DNA of 13,819 nucleotides from a virus (Duplodnaviria; Heunggongvirae; Uroviricota; Caudoviricetes): IMG/VR virus record IMGVR_UViG_2534681934_000027; one strand, 5' to 3'. Shown piece by piece: positions 7,126 to 13,819 of this stretch (position 1 is its first letter; each line of letters starts with the position of its first letter). The notes under the pieces were generated by a model. It saw only the letters and a program-made list of their open reading frames with translations, ran no database searches and was not told where the DNA came from. The position numbers and the translations under genes were made by a program.

Positions 7126-7332
7126 ATGGCTGAAGAGAAAAAAAGCGGTGTTTCGGTGTACATAAGCCCCGAAATCGTGGAGGTGCTCAAGCAGCGCCAC
7201 AAAAAAAACTATGAAGCTGGCGTTGCGGCTGGACTGGATCCGCTGATGACGCCGGAGCCGTCGATAGGTTCACTTGTACGCTCTTATTTACTTGCGGCGC
7301 TTGGGATGCATAAAAATTATGGGGGTGAATAA
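7126..7332 (+). CDS. Hypothetical small protein (68 aa) upstream of the capsid gene
   Basis: ORF ending in TAATG overlap with the capsid gene start. Start is uncertain: ATG 7126 has a distant GAGGAA, ATG 7093 has none. Possible RHH-like beta-strand/helix (VSVYISPEIVEVLKQ) is speculative. Confidence 0.45.
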   Translation: MAEEKKSGVSVYISPEIVEVLKQRHKKNYEAGVAAGLDPLMTPEPSIGSLVRSYLLAALGMHKNYGGE

Positions 7333-8387
7333 TGGCAGGCAAAGCAACGGCACTTAACACTAACCAGCTTTTCATGTACCTGAATCGCGGGGATATTGCG
7401 GATTTTAAATTCAGCCCTCTGTTTACCACGCTGTTTTTCCCGAACGTGGCGACATTCAGCACGCAAAACATCATGCTGGATACCCTGGACATTGAAGAAG
7501 TCACCATGTCGGCGTTTTGTTCGCCTATGGTGGGTAGCCAGGTTCAGCGCGATAAAGGGTACGAAACCAGCACAATCAAACCTGGCTACATGAAGCCAAA
7601 GCACGAAATCGATCCAACGAAAACCATCATGCGCATGGCTGGAGAAGATCCGGCACAGCTTAACGACCCTACCTATCGCCGTATGCGCCTGATTACTGGC
7701 AACATGCGCCGCCAGATAAACGCCATTAAGGCACGCGTGGAATGGCTGGCGGTGAATGCGGTAACGACCGGAAAAAACATCATTGAGGGCGAAGGCATAG
7801 AACGCTATGAAATCGACTGGAAAATACCGGAAAACTGCATCATAGAGCAGGCCAAGGGTAAAAAATGGTCCGAGCAGGATAAAGACATGCACGACCCAAT
7901 CTATGACATCGAGCTTTATGCTGATCAGGCTGGTTGCCCCGCAAACGTCATGATTATGGGCGCTGAGGTATGGCGCACATTACGCAGCTTTAAAAAATTC
8001 CGTGAGCTGTACGATCTTTCCCGTGGTTCAGAATCCGCCGCCGAACTGGCCTGTAAAAACCTGGGCGAAGTGGTGAGCTTTAAAGGCTATCTTGGTGATC
8101 TGGCCCTTATCGTCTATTCCGGCAAATACACTGACAGCGATGGTACCGAAAAATATTTCCTTGAGCCTGATTTGCTGGTCCTGGGTAACACCAACAATAA
8201 AGGGCTGGTGGCCTATGGTGCGATAATGGATCAGGAAGCGGTAAGAACGGGCGCAACACAAAACATGTTTTACCCGAAAAACTGGATTGAGGACGGCGAT
8301 CCGGCGATTGAGTACGTGCAGACACACAGTGCACCGCAGCCGGTACCGGCAGATATTCGCAAATTTGTTACCGTCAAAATTGGTTAA
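7332..8387 (+). CDS. Major capsid protein, lambda gpE-like (351 aa)
   Basis: GGGGGTG Shine-Dalgarno. Shares remembered lambda gpE blocks: FKF-PLF--LFF, PGY-KPKHE--P, DP-YRR-R, VSFKGY-GD, LVLGNT, YPKNW--GDPA; similar length to gpE (341 aa). Confidence 0.88.
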   Translation: MAGKATALNTNQLFMYLNRGDIADFKFSPLFTTLFFPNVATFSTQNIMLDTLDIEEVTMSAFCSPMVGSQVQRDKGYETSTIKPGYMKPKHEIDPTKTIMRMAGEDPAQLNDPTYRRMRLITGNMRRQINAIKARVEWLAVNAVTTGKNIIEGEGIERYEIDWKIPENCIIEQAKGKKWSEQDKDMHDPIYDIELYADQAGCPANVMIMGAEVWRTLRSFKKFRELYDLSRGSESAAELACKNLGEVVSFKGYLGDLALIVYSGKYTDSDGTEKYFLEPDLLVLGNTNNKGLVAYGAIMDQEAVRTGATQNMFYPKNWIEDGDPAIEYVQTHSAPQPVPADIRKFVTVKIG

Positions 8388-8399
8388 CGGGGGGATTCT

Positions 8400-8735
8400 A
8401 TGGACACTCCATACATTGAGTTATTTGCAGGCAGTCAGCAGGTATCCACGACGTTGGTACATTTTGCCGCTGATGCTGGCGTTATTCAGGAATTTACCCC
8501 GCTGATGCTGGCAGACAATGGCGAGTTTAAGCCGTGGGATGGTCAGGAATCTGGCAAGGCTGTTTATCTGACCTCGTACCCTGTGGACACGTCAAAGCAG
8601 AAATCAGCACAGTGTTACAAGACGGGGATATTCAATATTGCCGCCGTTAACTGGCCTGAGAGCGTCGACACCGATGCGAAAAAATGCGCCGCCTTTGCGG
8701 GTTCCGGCGTATCCGTTCAGCCGCTGGCCCGATAA
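8400..8735 (+). CDS. Head decoration protein, lambda gpD-like (111 aa)
   Basis: GGGGGG Shine-Dalgarno. TPLMLADNGEFKPWDG and C-terminal KKCAAFAGSGVSVQPL resemble lambda gpD (TPLMLD...WDG, ...KKRTAFAGTAISIV); same length class (110 aa). Confidence 0.82.
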   Translation: MDTPYIELFAGSQQVSTTLVHFAADAGVIQEFTPLMLADNGEFKPWDGQESGKAVYLTSYPVDTSKQKSAQCYKTGIFNIAAVNWPESVDTDAKKCAAFAGSGVSVQPLAR

Positions 8736-8747
8736 GCAGGGGGAACG

Positions 8748-9161
8748 ATGGCAACGAATGAAAGCATCATGACGCTACCGCTGGCGAGTAAATTTAAAGT
8801 CGAAGCGCGGGCAATGGCTGACAGAGGTTTATCAACCTATGAGGCCGTATATCAACTAAACAAACTGGAAGAGCAGGACAAGCCGTGCGCTGATGCGATT
8901 ATGGCGCTTCATGAGCATAAAGACTATCAGCCGCTGTTGCGTGCAATGGCAAACGTGCCTTGTATCGATGTTGGTACGGCTAAAAGCATCCTTAGCATGA
9001 CCATAGAGCAGGAACGTCCGAAGGTTGCGCCGGAACTTACCGCAGCCTTTGAAAACTTTATGGACATGCACAGCCCGCAAGCCGTATCAGCTGGCATGGC
9101 ATACGATGGCAGAAACCAGGGCGATGACGGCGACATCGATCGCATACTGAAAACCATCTGA
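8748..9161 (+). CDS. Hypothetical protein (137 aa) in the capsid/packaging module
   Basis: AGGGGGA Shine-Dalgarno, followed by a terminator. Sits where lambda has FI after E, but similarity to FI could not be established by eye. Confidence 0.6.
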   Translation: MATNESIMTLPLASKFKVEARAMADRGLSTYEAVYQLNKLEEQDKPCADAIMALHEHKDYQPLLRAMANVPCIDVGTAKSILSMTIEQERPKVAPELTAAFENFMDMHSPQAVSAGMAYDGRNQGDDGDIDRILKTI

Positions 9162-9166
9162 GACAA

Positions 9167-9189
9167 GGCCGGAGAAATCCGGCTTTTTT
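9167..9189 (+). terminator. Rho-independent terminator
   Basis: GCCGGA-GAAA-TCCGGC hairpin followed by six T; same hairpin as at 6532. Confidence 0.7.
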
Positions 9190-9190
9190 A

Positions 9191-9365
9191 CGGGTCCTTC
9201 CTGGAATTATGGCCCGTTACGGGGCGGCGACCTCGCGGATTTTCGCTATTTATGAGCCTTTTCAGGGTGGTGGTGGTGGTTTTGTTGTTTGATCTATCTT
9301 TATGAATGAAAAGGGAAAGATGCAAGCAATACACCAACCTGAAGCAGTAATTAAGTTGGTGTATT
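9191..9365 (+). promoter_or_regulatory. Lambda-type cos site (cosQ-cosN-cosB) in the same orientation as terS
   Basis: ACGGGTCCTTCC..GGCCCGTTACG GGGCGGCGACCT CGCGG ATTTTCGCTATTTATGA matches the remembered lambda cos junction. Predicted 12-nt cohesive end at 9222..9233. Downstream cosB-like region has a (GGT)4 tract and an 11-bp stem hairpin (about 9328..9365). Confidence 0.75.
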
Positions 9366-9867
9366 AATGAAATCTCATCTGATGAACAAAAAAACATGGC
9401 GAAAAGCTGCCGTGTAAGTGCGACAGCGTTCGACAAGTGGGGAGTAACTCCCGTTGAGCGTAAAGGCCGTGAGGCGTTTTATGATGTTGCCAGCGTGATA
9501 GAAAATAGGGTTAACAATGCAATTAGCCAGCTTATAAACGACAAAGGCGAGATTGACGATGATGAACTTTTACGAGTCAGGATCAGATTACTGACAGCAC
9601 AGGCAGAGGCGCAGGAACTTAAAAACGATCGCGATCGCGGTGACGTGATTGATACTGAGTTTTGCCTGTACGCGCTTTCAAAGCTGGCGAGTCAGATTTC
9701 ATCAATCATGGACAGCCTCCCGCTTACTATGCAAAGGAGCTTCCCACAGATTACCCCCGCCATGCTGGACAGGCTTAAAAGGGAAGTGGTTAAAGCCTGT
9801 AATGCCAGTGCCAGAGTTGCCGACATGAACCGCCCCGGGTTTCCTGGAGAGTGTTTTATCTGTGAAC

Positions 9868-10758
9868 TCAGGCTGCCAGATCATCGTTTCCGATGGAAGC
9901 ATAATAAGCTTTTTCTGCTTCTGCCGGAGGAGTATGGCCCAGCCTTCCCAGCAATCGTCGATTGTTATACCAGTCCACCCACGTTAGTGTGGCCAGTTCC
10001 ACTTCTGCACGGTTTTTCCAGCTCTTACGGTGTATTACCTCCGCTTTGTAAAGACCATTGATGCTCTCAGCCATCGCGTTGTCATACGAGTCGCCTGTAC
10101 TCCCTGTTGATGCCAGTAATCCGGCTTCTTTTAGTCGCTCCGTATAGGCCAGTGACACATACTGAGAGCCTTTATCGCTGTGATGGATGGTGCCAGACGG
10201 ACGACGGGCCCACAACGCCTGCTCCAGCGCATCCAGCACGAATGTCGTTTCCATAGACGATGAGACCCGCCACCCCACGATGTATCCGGCAAACACATCA
10301 ATGATAAACGCCACATAGACGAAGCCCTGCCATGTGCTGACGTAAGTAAAATCAGCCACCCACAGCTGGTCAGGTCGTTCTGCCACGAACTGACGGTTTA
10401 CGCGGTCGCCTGCGGCAACGGCTTTCCGGCTGATGGTCGTACGGACCTTTTTACCCCGGAGAACACCGGCAAGTCCCATAACCGCCATGAGACGTGCCAC
10501 TGTACATCTGGCCACCCTGATTCCTTCCCGTAACAACTGACGCCAGACTTTACGCACACCGTACACCTGATGATTTTCATCGTATACGCGCTGTATCTCT
10601 CTCTTCAGCCAGTCGTCGTGCTGCGCACGGGCACTGCGTTTATCCGGATGATGTCGCTGTTGCTGACAATGGTAATACGTTGACGGGGCAATATGCAGTT
10701 CGCTGCATACCGGTCCGACCCCGTACTGCTCACGCAGCTTATCCAGCAGTGGCATCAT
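9868..10758 (-). CDS. IS3-family transposase OrfB (DDE integrase-like catalytic part, 296 aa)
   Basis: ..[34 protein letters not shown].. DDE transposase motifs. In -1 frame relative to orfA, overlapping by ATGA. Confidence 0.9.
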   Translation of the reverse strand: MMPLLDKLREQYGVGPVCSELHIAPSTYYHCQQQRHHPDKRSARAQHDDWLKREIQRVYDENHQVYGVRKVWRQLLREGIRVARCTVARLMAVMGLAGVLRGKKVRTTISRKAVAAGDRVNRQFVAERPDQLWVADFTYVSTWQGFVYVAFIIDVFAGYIVGWRVSSSMETTFVLDALEQALWARRPSGTIHHSDKGSQYVSLAYTERLKEAGLLASTGSTGDSYDNAMAESINGLYKAEVIHRKSWKNRAEVELATLTWVDWYNNRRLLGRLGHTPPAEAEKAYYASIGNDDLAA

Positions 10759-11081
10759 TTTTTCCAGAGGCGGTCGAACTCCGCCTTCGCAAAATAAGCG
10801 GAAGCCTGGCGAAGGATATCGTTACTGCGGCGCAGTTCACGATTTTCACGTTCCAGCTCTTTCAGACGCTGACGTTCAGCGCTGGTGAGCCCACCATCAC
10901 CGCCCCCGGTATCCCGCTCATGCTGGCGAACCCAGACACGCAGAGTCTCCGGCGTACAGCCAATCTTTGGGGCAATGGAACAAATTGCCGCCCACTGTGA
11001 GTCATATTCATCCTGACTTTCCAGAACCATACGAATCGCCCGCTGACGGACTTCGGGGGAAAAACGAGTATTTTTAGTCAT
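10755..11081 (-). CDS. IS3-family transposase OrfA (108 aa, helix-turn-helix/leucine-zipper part)
   Basis: [22 protein letters not shown].. typical of IS3-family OrfA. Ends in an A6 run at the orfA/orfB overlap, consistent with programmed -1 frameshifting. Confidence 0.9.
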   Translation of the reverse strand: MTKNTRFSPEVRQRAIRMVLESQDEYDSQWAAICSIAPKIGCTPETLRVWVRQHERDTGGGDGGLTSAERQRLKELERENRELRRSNDILRQASAYFAKAEFDRLWKK

Positions 11082-11221
11082 CCTGTTTACCTCTTTCTCA
11101 GGGAGTTTAGTCTCCAGGATTTCCGGGGCGGTTCAACAACCTCCCACAGATACTGGCTGATTACTTGAAAGAAACAACCGGAAACGTACCGGAAAAGTTG
11201 CTACAGAAGAAAGGCGAGTAA

Positions 11222-11443
11222 CAGACGCGCAATTATTGAACAAAAATGAGAAAGGATCTGATAATGGCATTTTCTGGCTAAAATGCCTCGTGTCAGATCC
11301 TTTCTTTTTTTAATATTTTCATTGTTAAACAGTCTGTTACAGAGAAGAAGATCGGATCTGACTTTTGCCGGAAAATTCTCATAAACAGATAAAAACCGCG
11401 AGGTCGCCGCCCCGTAACGGGCCATAATTCCAGGAAGGACCCG
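11222..11443 (-). promoter_or_regulatory. Second lambda-type cos site, inverted relative to the first
   Basis: 11396..11443 is the exact reverse complement of 9191..9238 (48/48). Predicted cohesive-end 12-mer at 11401..11412. Minus-strand continuation (TTTATGAGAATTTTCCGG, CGATCTTCTTC, AAAGAAAGGA plus palindrome) resembles remembered lambda cosB. Confidence 0.7.
11250..11310 (+). terminator. Long hairpin plus T-run downstream of the terS 3' end
   Basis: Perfect 12-bp outer stem GAAAGGATCTGA (11250..11261) / TCAGATCCTTTC (11293..11304), inner 8-bp stem GGCATTTT / AAAATGCC, then six T. Read on the minus strand the same hairpin resembles the lambda cosB palindrome. Confidence 0.5.
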
Positions 11444-11476
11444 ACGACACCAGACTATCAGAGCGATGGGGGCACA

Positions 11477-11758
11477 ATGACAGAAGCCGAACTACTGGGA
11501 TTAATCCGCCGCGTCGCCGGAATCAGCCAGCAGCATGACGAACAGGCCACACAGCCGGACAGCGTGACCGCTGAAAATTATGTGCGTGTTGTAGCGGAAG
11601 TGATGCGCCGTGATGGTATAGAACTTAATGGCGTTGATATGCGCAACATACGGAACCGCGTTCTTGAAATGCTGGCCTACAATCGCCGCGTTGAACTGTA
11701 TCGGGAGAAAGAAAAAATAACGTACCACTGGAAGAAGCCGGAACGGCTGCGGCGGTAA
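11477..11758 (+). CDS. Hypothetical protein (93 aa)
   Basis: ATG 5 nt after GGGGG Shine-Dalgarno. No family recognised. Confidence 0.5.
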   Translation: MTEAELLGLIRRVAGISQQHDEQATQPDSVTAENYVRVVAEVMRRDGIELNGVDMRNIRNRVLEMLAYNRRVELYREKEKITYHWKKPERLRR

Positions 11759-12358
11759 CTTGCTGATATTCCCGATAACGCAAAATTGCGCTGGCTACAT
11801 CCTCACATCTGAGGACTGTTAATCAGAAGGCCGGAATATATTCACAAACTACGAAATTTTCGTAGTTTAATTAATGGTCAGATTAATCGCTAACCCGCTG
11901 ATATTTTCGGAAACCTCAATTTGAGGAAGTCGGAAGCGTCACCCTTCATATTCTGAATGGTCATAATGACCACGCAGACCATCAAGGCAACCACAACGAA
12001 CATCGTTACGGTTGGAGCTTTTACCCCACTGGGGGAAAGGTATTACGATAATCATAACACCTACCGAACAGGTAAAACCCACCAGCCTGATTAACAGTTA
12101 ACCGGAAAAAAAATCCGGTAGCCCCGTTATGGGGATCCCCATATCGACATTAACGCCCCTCATGAATTGGTGCGCTTCCCCCTGGAAAGATTACCCGCCT
12201 GTATATTTCTTGTGTCTATTTGTTCCACGTTGTTTCATACAGTGCACCGAACGGTGTAGTTAATGGTGTAGTCAATTTGCTGTTTTTAGCACTTTTTGCA
12301 GTGTGGGTTGTTTAATTAAATCAATGGGTTGCCTTGCTGTGGTGATAAAAGGACATAT

Positions 12359-13819
12359 TTATTCATCTTTCGGCGTAGAATGCTGGCGACCAAAAATCAC
12401 CTCCATCCGCGCACCGCCAAGCATGCTCTCTCCGGCGACGATTTTACCCTCATATTGCTTGGTGATTTCGCGGGCTACCGCCAGCCCCACACCTTGCCCA
12501 GGGCGTAAAGTATCAACCCGTTGACCACGGTCGAAAATGACCTCTCGCTTGCTTAATGGAATACCGGGGCCATCATCCTCGACCACAATATAGAGATGCT
12601 CGTCGGTTTGCCTTGCAGAAATTTCGACAAACTCGAGGCAATATTTACAGGCATTATCCAGTACATTGCCCATCACCTCGACAAAATCGTTCTGCTCACC
12701 GACAAAGCTGATCTCTGGCGAAATATCGAGAGAGATATTGACCCCTTTGCGTTGATACACTTTGTTCAGCGCCGAGGTGAGATTGTCCAGCAGTGGGGCG
12801 ACCGGATGCAGCTCGCGGCTGAGCAATGTCCCGCCGTGCATACTGGCACGATGCAGGTAGTAGCCAATTTGCTGTGAAATGCGGCTGATTTGCTCCAGCA
12901 TTACCGGTTCAGCATCACTGACGCTCATCTTTTCACTACGTAGAGAACGCAGCGTACTTTGCAGCACCGCCAGTGGCGTTTTCAGACTATGGGTCAGGTC
13001 GGTGAGCGTTGTACGATATTTGTCGTAACGTTCGCGTTCACTTTTTAACAATCGGTTCAGGTTTCGTACCAGACTGGTCAGTTCTCGCGTTGTGGCTGGA
13101 TTGAGCAATTCGCGGTTATGTTCTTCCAGTTCGCGGACTTCTTTTGCCAGGGCTTCGATGGGGCGTAAACTCCACCAGGCGGCGACCCACAGCAGCGGGA
13201 TCACTAACAGCAGATTGGCTGAGAGCACATAGATAAACCAGCTCCAGACCATATAGGAACTTTTTAGCTCCACCGGAATGGTATCCACCACCACAATGGT
13301 TAACTTTGGCATCCGCGATGTTGCCGGGTAGACGTTTACCGCCACCGAGTGGGTCATCTCCGCGTCGTCATCATCTTCCCGCACTTCCTGCAACTGTTGC
13401 TGTATCGAATGATCTCCACTCAGCAAGAGGCTGGTATCGTTAACATCCGCTTCAATTTCATGAAAACCATTCGATTTCAGCCAGTCAGGCTGGATCATCT
13501 TCATCAGCCAGGGCACGTCACGTTGCGCCCATAAAAGCTGCCCGTTCTCATCATAAATTAGCGTCATGGTGGGGCTTTGCTTGTCGATATTTTCGGGTAA
13601 CTCGACATGCAACTTATTGTTTTCCCACTTCGCAAGGGTATAGAACAGATTGCTCTCGCCACGTAACAGCCGAAACGTAGTTTTATCGAAACTGACGCTA
13701 TAACCGATCAGCGCGACCATTCCGTAGGCAAGCGAAAGCACCAGTACTACCGCTGCCGTTGCCAACAGAAAACGTACCCGCAGCGAGAGCGGGAAAAAAA
13801 GACGCAGTAATTTTTTCAT
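12359..13819 (-). CDS. phoQ: Sensor histidine kinase PhoQ (486 aa), host gene
   Basis: Full-length match by eye to remembered E. coli Pho[26 protein letters not shown].., periplasmic acidic patch [11 protein letters not shown]-box [14 protein letters not shown]-terminal ATP-binding motifs. Start codon is the last three bases of the window. Confidence 0.95.
   Translation of the reverse strand: MKKLLRLFFPLSLRVRFLLATAAVVLVLSLAYGMVALIGYSVSFDKTTFRLLRGESNLFYTLAKWENNKLHVELPENIDKQSPTMTLIYDENGQLLWAQRDVPWLMKMIQPDWLKSNGFHEIEADVNDTSLLLSGDHSIQQQLQEVREDDDDAEMTHSVAVNVYPATSRMPKLTIVVVDTIPVELKSSYMVWSWFIYVLSANLLLVIPLLWVAAWWSLRPIEALAKEVRELEEHNRELLNPATTRELTSLVRNLNRLLKSERERYDKYRTTLTDLTHSLKTPLAVLQSTLRSLRSEKMSVSDAEPVMLEQISRISQQIGYYLHRASMHGGTLLSRELHPVAPLLDNLTSALNKVYQRKGVNISLDISPEISFVGEQNDFVEVMGNVLDNACKYCLEFVEISARQTDEHLYIVVEDDGPGIPLSKREVIFDRGQRVDTLRPGQGVGLAVAREITKQYEGKIVAGESMLGGARMEVIFGRQHSTPKDE

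Larger units (their letters stand above)
9826..11135 (-). mobile_element. IS3-family insertion sequence, IS629-like, 1310 bp, with 3-bp target duplication ACA
   Basis: Imperfect terminal inverted repeats TGAACCGCCCCGGG..CCTGGAGA at both ends. ACA at 9823..9825 and 11136..11138. Contains overlapping orfA/orfB whose sequences match remembered IS629. Confidence 0.9.
9396..11221 (+). pseudogene. Small terminase subunit, lambda Nu1-like, interrupted by IS629 (segments 9396..9825 and 11139..11221)
   Basis: LLTAQAEAQELKNDRDRGDVIDTEFCLYALSKLASQISSIMDSLPLTMQRSFP matches remembered Nu1 (LTRAQADAQELKNARDSAEVVETAFCTFVLSRIAGEIASILDGLPLSVQRRFP). Removing the IS and one copy of the duplication restores ...ARVADNLPQILADYLKETTGNVPEKLLQKKGE with stop at 11219..11221, resembling the Nu1 C-terminus ALDELIPGLLSEYIEQSG. 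Confidence 0.8.

Noticed and set aside
7187..8334. ORFs antisense to the capsid gene (7187..7507, 7317..7892, 8028..8327, 8107..8334)
   Set aside because: They overlap the strongly supported capsid CDS on the opposite strand and lack translation signals.
9268..9282. (GGT)4 trinucleotide run, considered as a microsatellite or phase-variation tract
   Set aside because: Only four units and in a non-coding cosB-like region; more likely part of a terminase or IHF recognition sequence.
9396..10061. 221-aa ORF presented as a single protein
   Set aside because: The C-terminal 78 residues are read-through into the antisense strand of the IS element. The real gene is the small terminase interrupted at 9825/9826.
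11201..11425. 74-aa minus-strand ORF starting inside the second cos site
   Set aside because: Its start codon lies within the cosN repeat and it runs through the cosB hairpin. The region is better explained as a cos site plus terminator.
12303..13534. Plus-strand ORFs inside or overlapping phoQ (12303..12524, 12596..12877, 13349..13534)
   Set aside because: Antisense to a full-length conserved host gene; no independent support.
1..13819. CRISPR array, tRNA or rRNA genes
   Set aside because: No regularly spaced repeat-spacer array and no tRNA-like or rRNA-like sequence seen. The integrase's probable attachment target lies upstream of base 1, outside the window.

Overview
The window is almost entirely one integrated mobile element lying next to the host sensor kinase gene phoQ (12359..13819, minus strand), and it looks like a cos-type phage satellite (PICI-like island) rather than a full prophage. 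All protein-family calls are from reading the translations and from memory of those families; no database search was run. Left to right: a P4-family tyrosine integrase (1..1230), an AlpA-like regulator, a divergently transcribed Arc/Mnt-type ribbon-helix-helix (RHH) repressor with paired palindromic operators, and a translationally coupled operon of small unknown genes ending in a RepA-like replication ATPase. An iteron array (candidate ori) follows the replication gene, then an SSB-like protein, a PerC-family regulator and a terminator-insulated single-gene cassette. The packaging module has a lambda E-like major capsid gene, a lambda D-like decoration gene and a lambda Nu1-like small terminase gene, preceded by a lambda-type cos site. 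There is no portal, protease, scaffold or large terminase. The small terminase gene is split by an intact 1310-bp IS629-like IS3-family element with a 3-bp target duplication. The most unusual feature is a 48-bp perfect inverted repeat that places two complete cos sites in convergent orientation around the terminase gene. No tRNA, rRNA or CRISPR array was found. The left attachment site is outside the window, so the island boundaries are not defined.
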